In this document: piece after piece, positions 51,964 through 63,636 of the stretch
Numbering within the stretch: position 1 is the first letter of the stretch
Layout of the letters: each line of letters begins with the position of its first letter
Assembly: GCA_047601445.1 (NCBI GenBank)
Contig: JASGJH010000001.1
Span: 608,001-672,000, forward strand
DNA: 64,000 nucleotides
From: Myxococcales bacterium
Lineage (GTDB): Bacteria; Myxococcota_A; Polyangia; Polyangiales; DASUME01
Direction of reading: 5' to 3'
Position numbers and translations under genes: made by a program
Notes under the pieces: model-generated
Told to the model about the DNA's origin: nothing
The model's database searches: none
Seen by the model: the letters and a program-made list of their open reading frames with translations, nothing else

Positions 51964-52086
51964 GGGCTTTCTCGATGTGGGCGCGCGAGGGCACGGCGCC
52001 AATCCCAATGAACGGGAGAGACGTCACGTGTGCGCGGAGCACGGGCAGACAGATCAGAAACGAAGGTGGAACGCCGGAGTCGGAGA

Positions 52087-52275
52087 CTAGGGAGCTTCGG
52101 CTGGAGCCGAGTCGGCAGTGTCGTCGGAGGCGTCGGCGTGCTGGCTATGGCACACCGCGATGCCGCCGATGCCGAGCGCGAACAGGGCCACCCCCAGCCA
52201 CGGGAGCCACTTTGGCGAATCGCCGGCTTCGTCGGTGATTTCGGGGAGCTCAGGTGGCGTGTGTGCGTGGCCCAT
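52087..52275 (-). CDS. Small single-pass membrane protein
   Basis: 62 aa with DEAGDSPKWLPWLGVALFALG TM segment and normal codon bias. Confidence 0.6.
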   Translation of the reverse strand: MGHAHTPPELPEITDEAGDSPKWLPWLGVALFALGIGGIAVCHSQHADASDDTADSAPAEAP

Positions 52276-52373
52276 CGGCGGCGAAGTTGGCAGACCTCTG
52301 CACGGGTTTCAAGTGGTTCGCGAGCGACTCGGCCGGTGCACGGTGCGCAGACGTGGGCCGTGGTACACGTGCA

Positions 52374-53156
52374 CTACTGGAGCAGTGCAACCAGCTCGCC
52401 GTGCAGGTGACCGTTGCTGGCGAGGGCACCCGGCCCATAGATGGTGGGCTCCCCCGTCAGGGACGTGAGCTGGCCTCCGGCCTCGCGCAGGATCGCAGCG
52501 GCGGCAGCGACGTCGTAGGGCTGGACGGCGGGGTCGACGACCGCATCGGCTTGGCCCAACAGGAGCGCGCGATAACTGGCGAAATCGGCCAGTCCACGCT
52601 GGGTGTAGGTGGCCCGGGCCAGCTTGCCGAGCAGCGCTTCGCGCCCGTCGTCGGTGAACTGCGCGAGCCCCCCGTGGCAGATCAAAGCGTTTTCTAATTT
52701 CGAGACCCGTGACAGTCGGATCGGGCGCCCGTTGGCATACGCGCCTTCACCTCGGACTGCGGTGAAGAGCTCGCCCAGGGCCGGCATGTACGCGATCCCC
52801 GCGAGGGGCTCGCCGTCGTGTTCGATGCCGATCAAGATCGACCAGCTGGGCATGCCGCGCAGGAAGGCGCGCGTGCCGTCGATGGGATCCACCACGAAGC
52901 GCAGGCCGCCGACGCGGGCGCGCTCACCGCCGGTCTCTTCCCCGAAGAACGCGGCCTGTGGGAAACGCTCCGCCACGACCTTGGCGATGGCCGCTTCCAC
53001 GGCGCGATCGGCCTCGGTGACGGGGCTGCGATCCGGCTTGGTCTCGGCCCGCTCGGAGGCGCCGGCGCGGTAGAGCGAGATGGCGAGGTCACCCGCGCGC
53101 AGCACGGCGTCGATCAAGTCGTCGAAGGCGGGGCGTCCCCCGAGGAGCGTGTACAT
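52374..53156 (-). CDS. hisN: Inositol monophosphatase family, probable histidinol-phosphatase
   Basis: SPVTEADR, GEE, VDPIDGTRAF, PYDVAA; HisN assignment is by similarity of motifs only. Confidence 0.75.
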   Translation of the reverse strand: MYTLLGGRPAFDDLIDAVLRAGDLAISLYRAGASERAETKPDRSPVTEADRAVEAAIAKVVAERFPQAAFFGEETGGERARVGGLRFVVDPIDGTRAFLRGMPSWSILIGIEHDGEPLAGIAYMPALGELFTAVRGEGAYANGRPIRLSRVSKLENALICHGGLAQFTDDGREALLGKLARATYTQRGLADFASYRALLLGQADAVVDPAVQPYDVAAAAAILREAGGQLTSLTGEPTIYGPGALASNGHLHGELVALLQ

Positions 53157-53276
53157 GACCCGAAGAATGCGCCGGCTAAGCGCCCGGGTCGACGGGAATG
53201 CGGGGGCCATTCGCGTGCCGCTAGCGGGCGGCAGCTCTGGAGCGTAGATCTGGGCAGTCTGCGTGAGGGAGAAGCA

Positions 53277-54080
53277 ATGTCGAGTTTGAAGATCGCCATG
53301 CATGGTGCGGCAGGTCGCATGGGGCGCGCCGTGGTTCGTTTGATCTCCGAAGCCGAGGATCTCACGCTGAGCGCGGCCATCGACTCCGCGCAGAGCAAGT
53401 ACCTCGGGCGCGACGCTGGCGAGCTGGCCGGTGTCACTTCGCTCGGGGTGCCTGTGAGCGCCGGGCTCGACGCCATCGCCGTGGCCGACGTGGTGATCGA
53501 CTTCAGCTTGCCGGTGGCCCTGGACGCCTTGCTCGACGCCGCGGAACGTCACGCGAAGCCGCTCGTGGTCGCCACCACTGGCTTGAGTCCGCAGCAGCGC
53601 GCACGCATCGACGAGCTGGCCAAGCGAGTGCCCCTGGTCGCGGCGCCAAACTACAGCACGGGCGTGGCCGTGCTCTATCACCTGGCCGAACGCGCGAGCG
53701 CCCTGCTCAAGGAGTTCGACCTCGAGATCGTCGAGATGCATCACCGCAACAAGATCGATGCGCCTAGCGGCACGGCGCTCGGGCTGGCGGAAGCGGCGGC
53801 ACGCGGTCGCAAGCTCGACGCGCGAGAGCACGCCGTCTATGGACGCGAGGGGCATCCCGGCGCGCGCACAGACCAGGAGATCGGGATCATGACCCTGCGC
53901 GGTGGGGACGTCATCGGCGATCACACGTTGATGCTGGCCGGCCCGGGCGAGCGCCTGGAGCTCTCGCACAAGGCCAGCGACCGTGCGCTATTCGCTCGCG
54001 GTGCCCTGCGCGCAGCGCGCTTCGTGGCGGCCCAGAACCGCCCCGGGCGCTACGGGATGAACGACGTCCTCGGGCTCTGA
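53277..54080 (+). CDS. dapB: 4-hydroxy-tetrahydrodipicolinate reductase
   Basis: GAAGRMG, IDFS, EMHHRNKIDAPSGTA, RGGDVIGDH. Confidence 0.96.
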   Translation: MSSLKIAMHGAAGRMGRAVVRLISEAEDLTLSAAIDSAQSKYLGRDAGELAGVTSLGVPVSAGLDAIAVADVVIDFSLPVALDALLDAAERHAKPLVVATTGLSPQQRARIDELAKRVPLVAAPNYSTGVAVLYHLAERASALLKEFDLEIVEMHHRNKIDAPSGTALGLAEAAARGRKLDAREHAVYGREGHPGARTDQEIGIMTLRGGDVIGDHTLMLAGPGERLELSHKASDRALFARGALRAARFVAAQNRPGRYGMNDVLGL

Positions 54081-55434
54081 CTAAGGGGAGGCCTGCGGAT
54101 CCAGGAGCTGGAGCTTGGCCACGAGGTCGTCCGGCTTCCCAGGGCAACCCGCACGCACCACCGACCGGTCATCGACGGGCGCGCAGACCGCACTCAGGGC
54201 GACGGCACCGGTGAGCAGCAAGGAATAGGGGCGGCCGCCCACGAAGCTCTTGCCTGCCACGTTGAGGTCGGCCAGGGGCGTCAGGCTGGTGGTCGCGCAG
54301 TCCTGGGCGGTGCCGCTGTTGAGCATGTTCGGCTGCTCGAACTTGGTGCTGGCGAACACGCGGATGCGGTAGTTCGATCCGCTTTGCAAGGGCTTGAAAA
54401 GAGGAGCCAGGGTCTGGGTGTCGCGGAATGCGATGCCATCGGCGCGCAGCGGAGGCTGGACGGGATTCACGAGGCTGCCTGCAGTGACGCAGACGCGGAC
54501 GCCACCTGGGCCGACCATGCTCATGGAGCCGCTGACATCCGGCGAGAGCTGCGACACGGAGATGCGGAAGGCATCGCTAGGAATGCTCTCCGTCACCGGC
54601 GGCTCGATGCGAAGCTGGGGGCCGATGGCGCTCTCGATGCCGGCCACCACTTCGCGGGCTTTCTGCTCGGCGCCGCTGGTGTCCCCGGGGTGCGCGCCGA
54701 GATAGGCGGTGCGCTCCTCGTCGAAGCGCGTGGCCAGGCGTTTTTCATCAAGGGCCAGTCCACTGGCGATCAACATCAGCGGCCCAGGCCCGATCAGGGT
54801 GGTCTTCTCCGGGTCCACGCCCGCATCGGCGCTGAGTCCGCCATCGACGGCCGGGCTCGTGGGGCTGGGATTTACGCCCAGGCGGAGCGCTGCGAGCCGC
54901 GTGTGACGCGCGCAGTCGGCGGCGGTGAGTCCTGCGTCGAGGCTCGTGCCACCGTCGGCGTGCCCAGCATCGCCAACCGGGACGCCGCCGTCGGGGGATT
55001 GGCTGGGGCGTGCGTGGAGGGTGAGCGTGCCGCTGGTCAGGACGGGAAGGGCGACCAACGAGCCCACGCCGAAGTCTCCTTCCAGGGCCAGCAGCTCGGG
55101 CGCCATGGGCCCGGGCGTCTCTTCGTTCTGCGCGGTCAGTGGGTCGTCCAGGACCAGATTCGGGGTCGTGGCAGACGTAGACGGTCCCGACGTTCACCAT
55201 CGAGTGCACGAAACGCACGAGGATTTCGGGGCCGCCCAGATCGTCCGGGTTCCCCGAGTCGGCGTTGCCAGCGATCCCCCCGTCGCGCTCGATTGAGCCT
55301 GCTGCATCCCCAAAATCCTCGTTGTACGGCGGAGATGATGCGCTCGTGGGGACGGCAGTATCGGCGCAGGCTGCGCCGAAACAGAGCGCCGTCACGAGCA
55401 TCAGCCTGTGCGCATGTGGGGAGAGAGATGACAT
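54081..55434 (-). CDS. Putative lipoprotein with DUF4397-like start (apparent +1 frameshift near 55159)
   Basis: Signal LVTALCFGAAC and VRFVHSMVNVGTVYVC in one frame; the 341-aa body in another; removing one base joins them. Confidence 0.65.
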
Positions 55435-55569
55435 TGGCTCGCACTACCGCGGGGAGACGGTTCATTGTGCCACCCGCTTTGCGGGGCGTCCAAGGCGTGT
55501 GTGAAGGCCGGCCAAGCCCCCGAGAGTGCATGTAGAAGTGCCCTAAACTTTGCTAACGTTGGCTTCGGC

Positions 55570-57531
55570 ATGACCGTCGCTAACCGATGCTCGAGCTGCG
55601 GCTCTCCTTTTGGCGCGTCCGATTGCTTCTGCGGAGTTTGTGGGGCGGACCTCAGCGCTGCGCGCGGCGCGGTGCAGCAAAAGCCCGCCGCCGCGGCCGA
55701 ACCGCCGCGCAAGGCGCCGGCCAAGACGATGCTCGGGATGATGTCGCCCTTCGCGGCCCAACCTTCCGATTCACCGGAGCCCGCGCGTCCCGAACCGGCC
55801 GCGGCCAGCGCCGTCGTCGCGCCGGCTCAGACCGCCGCGCCGGCACCTGCCGCCGCGTCCTCGCACAAGCGAACCATGCTCGGTATGTCGCCCATCGCGC
55901 TCGGCTTGCCTGGCGCCACCGGCCCCGCCACGGAGCCGACCGGCGAGGCTGCCAAGCCCGCACAGGCGCCCGGCCGCTTGCTGACGTCGACCGACGACGC
56001 GCCTCGGACTGCCGCGCCCAAGCCGCAGGCTGCCGGCGGAATCGGCAACCGAACCATGCTGGGCGTGGTGCCTCCCGTGATGGTCCAGCCCGCGCCCGAA
56101 CCGAATCCTGCGCCAGCGCCCGCGCGAGCCGAGATCTCGCCCCAAAGCAAGCGCACGATGTTGGGCGCGGTAGCGCCGCTGGCCGGGCTCGTTGCTCCGG
56201 CCGCTCCCGAACCCAGCGCCCACGAGCATGAGCCCCATGCTGCCGAACCTTCCGCGCGTGCAGCAGGGGCCGGTGCGCCACGCCAGCGTTCGTTCACACC
56301 CGTGTCCCAGTCGGTGCCGACCTTCGACGAGGAGACGCCCGTGATCGCGCCCCGTGGCGGCGGTCGTGGCGCGCTCTACGCGGTTCTGGGCCTGTTGGTT
56401 GCGGCCATTCTGGCGGGTGTCGCCCTGTACCTGCGCTCGCGGGGACCCAAGCTGTCGGCGCACGTGGCGCACGTGGCCGCTGGCGACGAACTGGTGGTGG
56501 AGGTACCCGGGTCGGCTCCGGGAGCCAAGGTGCGTTTCGCGGGCGCGGAGCGGCCGCTGGTGGCGGGCCGGGCGAATTTCCCGCTGTCCGCCGACGCGCT
56601 CAAACTCGGTGAGAACGCCCTCGCCATCGATCTCGTGGAACCCGACGGCAGCGTGGACTCGTCGGAGATCAAGTTGGCCGTCGACTACCGCGTGCGCACC
56701 GACTTGGCTGCGCTGCGCGCCGACCCGCCGGCCGTCGAAATCGTGGTCGATGCCCTACCGGGCTCGCGCCTCACGATCGACGGGCAACCCGTGCCGCTCG
56801 ACGCGCGCGGACACGCCGTGAAGAGCTACCCCGTGCCGGCCCAAGCGGGGGCCCGTTTCGATATTCAGCCGCGCTATCGCCTCGAACTGCCGAGCGGTTC
56901 GCCGGTCGAGGGCACGGCGGGGGTGAGCTTGCCGGTGACGAGCATGCAGATTGACAAGCCAGGCGCGGAGGTCACCACCGACCAAGCCTTGATCGAGCTC
57001 GCCGGGGCCGTGGAGGCCGACGCCGAGGTGCTCGTCGAGGGGCGCCCCATCGAGGTGCGCGACGGGCGCTTCCTGCATCGGGCGGAGCTCCCGCAACCTG
57101 GCGACTACGTTCTGCACGTGGTCGCGCGGGCACCGGGCAAGGCTCCGCGCGTCCAGGAGCTTCGCCTGCGCCGCGTCACCGACCTGACGCTGGCGGCGGC
57201 CAGTTTCAAGGCGGATCCCAGCATCACCTACGCCAAGCTGATGCAAAACCCGCTCACCTATCGCGGCCAGAACGTGGCCTTCGACGGGCGTGTCTACAAC
57301 GTGGAAGTGAACGCCGGTCGCAGCCTGATCCAGATTCTTGTGCTCAACTGTCCGAGCTCCACGCGCTGCCCGCTCTGGGTCGACTACCCGCAGGCGACCG
57401 AGGCCACGGTGGATTCCTGGGTGCGCGTGCTGGGCACCGTCACGGGCGAACAGCAGTTCAAGTCGAAGCAGGGCGTGGTGCAGAGCGTCCCGAGCGTCCA
57501 GGCGCAGTACGTGCTCAAGCTCGCGCGCTGA
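55570..57531 (+). CDS. Zinc-ribbon membrane protein with Pro/Ala linker, Ig-like and OB-fold-like C-terminal domains
   Basis: CSSCG...FCGVCG, four TMLG repeats, TM LYAVLGLLVAAILAGVALYL, C-terminal YAKLMQNPLTYRGQNVAFDGRV. Confidence 0.75.
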   Translation: MTVANRCSSCGSPFGASDCFCGVCGADLSAARGAVQQKPAAAAEPPRKAPAKTMLGMMSPFAAQPSDSPEPARPEPAAASAVVAPAQTAAPAPAAASSHKRTMLGMSPIALGLPGATGPATEPTGEAAKPAQAPGRLLTSTDDAPRTAAPKPQAAGGIGNRTMLGVVPPVMVQPAPEPNPAPAPARAEISPQSKRTMLGAVAPLAGLVAPAAPEPSAHEHEPHAAEPSARAAGAGAPRQRSFTPVSQSVPTFDEETPVIAPRGGGRGALYAVLGLLVAAILAGVALYLRSRGPKLSAHVAHVAAGDELVVEVPGSAPGAKVRFAGAERPLVAGRANFPLSADALKLGENALAIDLVEPDGSVDSSEIKLAVDYRVRTDLAALRADPPAVEIVVDALPGSRLTIDGQPVPLDARGHAVKSYPVPAQAGARFDIQPRYRLELPSGSPVEGTAGVSLPVTSMQIDKPGAEVTTDQALIELAGAVEADAEVLVEGRPIEVRDGRFLHRAELPQPGDYVLHVVARAPGKAPRVQELRLRRVTDLTLAAASFKADPSITYAKLMQNPLTYRGQNVAFDGRVYNVEVNAGRSLIQILVLNCPSSTRCPLWVDYPQATEATVDSWVRVLGTVTGEQQFKSKQGVVQSVPSVQAQYVLKLAR

Positions 57532-57613
57532 CTGGTAGCCGGGGAAGCGAGCGCAGCGAAACCCGAGCGGCCAGCTTGCCCGCACGGGGTAGGGCTGCTC
57601 TCCTAGCGCCCCC

Positions 57614-58675
57614 ATGCGTGCCGACGAGCTCGACTACGACCTGCCCCCTGCGCTGATTGCGCAGACGCCGCTCGCCGATCGCGAGGCGTCGCGTCTCCTG
57701 GTGGTGGATCGCAGTTCGGGCCGACGTGCCCATGGCTCGATGCGCGACTTGCCCACGCTGGTACGGCCATCGCTGTTCGTGTTCAACGACACGCGTGTGA
57801 TTCCGGCGCGCCTGCTCGGTACCAAGCCGAGTGGTGGCAAGTTCGAGCTGCTGTTGATCGAGCGGCTGGCTGGCGCCGCGGCCGACGCCCGCGGACGTGA
57901 GCTCTGGTGCGCCATGGGCAGGCCTTTGAAGAGTCTGCGCCCCGGTCAGGCATTGCAGGTCGGCACCCTGGCCATCGAGGTCGGCGAGCGCGTGAGCGAT
58001 ACCCTCCTGCAGGTCTGGCTCTCGGCGCCCGAGGGCGTGGACCAGGCGCTGGAGCAAGTTGGGCGGCTACCCCTTCCTCCCTACATCGCCCGTGCCGGCG
58101 CCGACGAAGGCACCACGGCTCTGGACCGCGAGCGCTATCAGACCACCTTCGCGCGTACGCCCGGCGCGGTGGCCGCGCCCACCGCAGGGCTCCATTTCGG
58201 TCCAGCGTTGCTCGACGAGCTGAAGGCGCGCGGACATCGGATCGCGTTCGTGACCTTGCACGTAGGCCCAGGCACGTTCGCGCCCCTGAGCGTGGACACG
58301 CTGGCCGAGCACCCGATGCACGAAGAGCACTTCGAGCTCCCTTCGACGACTGCCGACGCCATCGCGCTGGCCAAGGCCGAAGGGCGTCCCGTGATCGCGG
58401 TCGGCACCACGGTGGTGCGCACGTTGGAGTCGGCGGCCTCGCCGGACGGCAGCTTGCGGGCCGGGCCTGGGGCCACGCGCCTGTGCATTTATCCGCCTTA
58501 CACCTTCCGCGTGATCGACGGCCTCGTCACCAACTTCCACTTGCCGCGATCCACACTGCTCGCCCTCGTGATGGCCTTGGCGGGCGCGGACGTGGTGCGC
58601 GCTGCCTACCGCGAGGCTATCGAGGCCCGCTACCGCTTCTTCAGCTATGGCGACGCCATGCTGATCCGCCCCTAA
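57614..58675 (+). CDS. queA: S-adenosylmethionine:tRNA ribosyltransferase-isomerase
   Basis: YDLPPALIAQ, NDTRVIPAR, PLPPYI, AAPTAGLHF, TNFHLP, YRFFSYGDAM. Confidence 0.97.
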   Translation: MRADELDYDLPPALIAQTPLADREASRLLVVDRSSGRRAHGSMRDLPTLVRPSLFVFNDTRVIPARLLGTKPSGGKFELLLIERLAGAAADARGRELWCAMGRPLKSLRPGQALQVGTLAIEVGERVSDTLLQVWLSAPEGVDQALEQVGRLPLPPYIARAGADEGTTALDRERYQTTFARTPGAVAAPTAGLHFGPALLDELKARGHRIAFVTLHVGPGTFAPLSVDTLAEHPMHEEHFELPSTTADAIALAKAEGRPVIAVGTTVVRTLESAASPDGSLRAGPGATRLCIYPPYTFRVIDGLVTNFHLPRSTLLALVMALAGADVVRAAYREAIEARYRFFSYGDAMLIRP

Positions 58676-58697
58676 AAGTGCCCTCGAGAGTACGCCG

Positions 58698-59852
58698 ATG
58701 ACCGCCCTGGCCCCATTGTTGTCCGAAGGATTTGCGTTCGCCGAAGTCGCGCGCGATGGCGATGCCCGCTGCTGCTTCTTGCGCACCCCACGCGCTCTGA
58801 TCGAGACCCCGGTCTTCATGCCCGTGGGCACGCAGGCGAGCGTGAAGTCGCAGACCCCCGCCGAGGTCGCCGCCACCGGTGCCCGCATCATCCTCGCCAA
58901 CACCTATCACCTCTGGCTGCGTCCCGGTGCCGAGCGCGTGGCGCGACTCGGCGGTGTGCAGCGCTTCATGCGTTGGCCCCACGCGATGCTCACGGACAGC
59001 GGCGGCTATCAGGTCTTCTCACTCTCGGAGCTGCGCAAGATCGACGATGACGGCGTGGCTTTCCGCAGCCACCTCGACGGCTCGAAGAAGATGCTCACGC
59101 CCGAGGAATCCATGCGGGTGCAGGGCTTGCTCGGTGCCGACATTGCGATGGTCCTCGACGAATGTCCTCCGGGAGGGGCCGAGCGTTCCGTGATCGAGAA
59201 CGCCATGCGACGCACGAGCCTCTGGGCGCGCCGTTCGCTCGCGGTGCCTGCACCCGCCGGTCAGGCGCGTTTCGGCATCGTGCAGGGCGGTACGCAACTC
59301 GACCTCCGCTTGAGCCATCTCGACGACATCGCGAGCTTGCCCGTGGATGGAGTCGCCCTCGGTGGTTTCTCGGTGGGAGAGCCCGTCGAGGAGATGGTGC
59401 GTGTGCTCGCCGAACTCGCGCCGAAGATGCCGCGTGACCGCCCGCGCTACCTGATGGGCGTGGGTACGCCCTTCGATTTGCTCGCGGCGATCGGCAGCGG
59501 TGTCGACATGTTCGACTGCGTGCTGCCCACGCGCAATGGCCGCAATGGACAGGCTTTGACCTGGCATGGACGGGTCAACATCAAGCAAGCGCGTCATGCC
59601 GAAGACGAGAGCCCGCTCGATTCCGAGTGCGGCTGCCCCGTGTGCGCCACGTATTCGCGCGCGTACCTGCGTCACTTGTTCCAGGCCGAGGAAATGCTCG
59701 CACCGCGCCTCTTGAGCGAGCACAACCTGTGGTTCTACGGCGAGCTCACGCGGCGAGCGCGCGGCGCCATCCAGGCCGGCAGCTACCAGACCTTCGCGCG
59801 CGAGGCCGCAGCACGCATGCGAGAGGGCGACGAGATCGGGCGCAACGTCTAG
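58698..59852 (+). CDS. tgt: Queuine tRNA-ribosyltransferase
   Basis: TPVFMPVGT, NTYHL, TDSGGYQVFS, DMFDCVLPTRNGR, CGCPVC. Confidence 0.97.
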   Translation: MTALAPLLSEGFAFAEVARDGDARCCFLRTPRALIETPVFMPVGTQASVKSQTPAEVAATGARIILANTYHLWLRPGAERVARLGGVQRFMRWPHAMLTDSGGYQVFSLSELRKIDDDGVAFRSHLDGSKKMLTPEESMRVQGLLGADIAMVLDECPPGGAERSVIENAMRRTSLWARRSLAVPAPAGQARFGIVQGGTQLDLRLSHLDDIASLPVDGVALGGFSVGEPVEEMVRVLAELAPKMPRDRPRYLMGVGTPFDLLAAIGSGVDMFDCVLPTRNGRNGQALTWHGRVNIKQARHAEDESPLDSECGCPVCATYSRAYLRHLFQAEEMLAPRLLSEHNLWFYGELTRRARGAIQAGSYQTFAREAAARMREGDEIGRNV

Positions 59853-59855
59853 CGA

Positions 59856-60416
59856 TCAGGTCGTACCAACCGCTCTCCAGCGCACGGGATCCGACCCGCG
59901 CTGAGCCCCCGGATCGGCCGCGTCTACGCCGATGCGCACGCGATCCTGGATCTTGAGCGCGCCGCCCAGCGCGCGGAACGGCTTGATGCCGAACAGCGAA
60001 GGACTGAGCTCGAGCTCGCCCGCGAGGCGTCCAGCCGTCGCGCGCAGCACCAGCTGACAAGGTTTCGCCACACCGCACAGCTCGAGTGTGCCGTCGAGCC
60101 GCACCTCCGCGCCGTGCCGGCTGGCGCGCCCGCTCCAGCGCACCTGCGGATAGCGGGCCGTCTTCAGGATGTCGTCGCGCATGCTGGCCTGGATCTTGGC
60201 CTTGTCGCCCGCACTCAGGCTGCCCGGCACCACGGCCCCGTCGCGCACTGCACCCATCACCTCCAGCGAGCTGGCCTCGAACACCCCCCGCACCTCATCG
60301 CCTTCGAGCGCGATTTCGAAGCGCAGCAGGTTCAACGAAAGGTCGTGGGCCAACTTGCTCAACAAGCCGTCCTTGAATGTGTAAACGCGAATTACGGCGT
60401 CCAATACTGCTTCCAT
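59856..60416 (-). CDS. YceI family protein
   Basis: KDGLLSKLAHDL, ILKTARYPQV, GTLELCGV, FGIKPF...LKIQDRV. Confidence 0.8.
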   Translation of the reverse strand: MEAVLDAVIRVYTFKDGLLSKLAHDLSLNLLRFEIALEGDEVRGVFEASSLEVMGAVRDGAVVPGSLSAGDKAKIQASMRDDILKTARYPQVRWSGRASRHGAEVRLDGTLELCGVAKPCQLVLRATAGRLAGELELSPSLFGIKPFRALGGALKIQDRVRIGVDAADPGAQRGSDPVRWRAVGTT

Positions 60417-60759
60417 GGCTCCAGGGCGGGTCGTGAGAGTGTTTCCGGGCGAAGTCGCGAGTTTCTAGCGTAGCAAGGACCCTCCCGTGCGTAGGCTCGC
60501 GCCGACCGCCGCGAGGGGGCATGTGAGCTGTTGCTTTCGGGTCCCGAGCGGGGTATTTCCGCGCCCGCAGGGGGACGTACGTTCTTGACGACGCTGTCGA
60601 ACGCTTGTGCCGTCCCTGTTCTCATTGGCGTTAGCTCGCGGAAAAAAATCGCGTGCTTTCGCTGTAAGTCCGGCCCGCACGCTGAGGTGCGGCCTGCCCC
60701 CAACGCTGGCTCGCACGCGCAAAGACCGTGCTTCGACTCGTGAAAAGGACACCCCGCCC

Positions 60760-62313
<1,554 letters not shown>

Positions 62314-62341
62314 TCACGCGGCGCAGACGCCGGGAGGCTCT

Positions 62342-63607
62342 ATGAGAGTGTTGGTGGTAGGTGGCGGGGCTCGCGAGCACGCCCTGGCCTGGAAACTCAA
62401 GCGATCGCCGGTTGTGAAGGCCCTGTTTTGCCTGCCTGGCAACGCTGGCACGCAAGGCATCGCGACCAATTTGCCCGGCTCGGCCGGCGACACCGCCGGC
62501 ATCGTGCGAGCGGCTCAGGAGCATGGCATCGACTTCGTGGTGGTGGGACCTGAAGACCCCTTGGTTTCGGGCCTCGTCGATCAATTGGGCGCGGTCGGTA
62601 TCCTGGCCTTCGGTCCGGACGCTTCGGGTGCGCGCCTCGAAGGCTCCAAGGCTTTCTCCAAGGAGCTGATGCAGGAGGCGGGGGTGCCCACCGCGGCGTT
62701 CCGCATCTTCGACGACGCGGATGAGGCGGAGCGCTACGTCCGCGAGCAGAAGCGTCCGTTGGTGGTGAAGGCCGACGGGCTGGCAGCCGGCAAGGGTGTG
62801 GTGGTCGCGAAGGACACGGACGAAGCCGTGGACGCGATCCGCAGCATCATGCGGGATCGCGCGTTCGGTGGGGCGGGCAGCCGCGTGGTCATCGAGGAGA
62901 CCCTGCGCGGGCAGGAAGTCAGCTACCACGTGGTCTGCGACGGCGAGCGCTACGTCGCGCTAGCGCCGGCCCAAGACCACAAGCGCGTGGGCGACGGCGA
63001 CCAGGGGCCCAACACGGGCGGGATGGGGGCCTACTCGCCGCCGCCCGTGGTCACCGCCGAGGTCGAGCAAAAGATCCTGAGTCGGGTCGTGGAGCCCACG
63101 CTCGCCACCATGAAGAAGCGAGGCACGCCCTTCCGAGGCACCTTATTCGTGGGGCTGATGATCGATCAGGGAGAGCCCTTCGTGCTCGAGTACAACACGC
63201 GCTTCGGCGATCCCGAGACCGAGGTGCTGATGGCGCGCTGGGACGGCGATCTCATGCCGCTGCTCTTGGGTGCGGCCAAGGGCGACCTGAGCGGCGTAAG
63301 CGCGCGCTGGGCAGCACCGAGTGCGCTGTGCATTGTGATGGCCTCCGAGGGGTACCCGGGCAGCTATCCCAAAGGTCGGCCTATCAGTGGGCTCGAGACG
63401 GCAGGCGCCGAGGCGGTGGTATTCCACGCGGGCACGACGCTGGAACAGGGCCGCGTGGTCACCGCCGGCGGCCGGGTGCTCGCCGTCACGGCGATCGGGC
63501 AGACCCTCGACGAAGCCGCAGCGCGCGCGTACGCAGTGGCGCAGCAGGTGCATTTCGAGGGCGCCCACTACCGCCGCGACATCGGGCACCACGCGCGTAC
63601 CCGCTGA
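62342..63607 (+). CDS. purD: Phosphoribosylamine-glycine ligase
   Basis: GGGAREHAL, LEGSKAF, KADGLAAGKGV, QDHKR, PNTGGMGAYSP, RFGDPE. Confidence 0.97.
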   Translation: MRVLVVGGGAREHALAWKLKRSPVVKALFCLPGNAGTQGIATNLPGSAGDTAGIVRAAQEHGIDFVVVGPEDPLVSGLVDQLGAVGILAFGPDASGARLEGSKAFSKELMQEAGVPTAAFRIFDDADEAERYVREQKRPLVVKADGLAAGKGVVVAKDTDEAVDAIRSIMRDRAFGGAGSRVVIEETLRGQEVSYHVVCDGERYVALAPAQDHKRVGDGDQGPNTGGMGAYSPPPVVTAEVEQKILSRVVEPTLATMKKRGTPFRGTLFVGLMIDQGEPFVLEYNTRFGDPETEVLMARWDGDLMPLLLGAAKGDLSGVSARWAAPSALCIVMASEGYPGSYPKGRPISGLETAGAEAVVFHAGTTLEQGRVVTAGGRVLAVTAIGQTLDEAAARAYAVAQQVHFEGAHYRRDIGHHARTR

Positions 63608-63636
63608 ACCAGGCCGAGCGAAGAGTAGGGGGACGC

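Noticed and set aside
60420..60759. ZMP/ZTP (pfl) riboswitch upstream of purH
   Set aside because: The conserved GACUGGCG...GCCUGGG pseudoknot elements were not found; only a small CCGCAC/GTGCGG hairpin.
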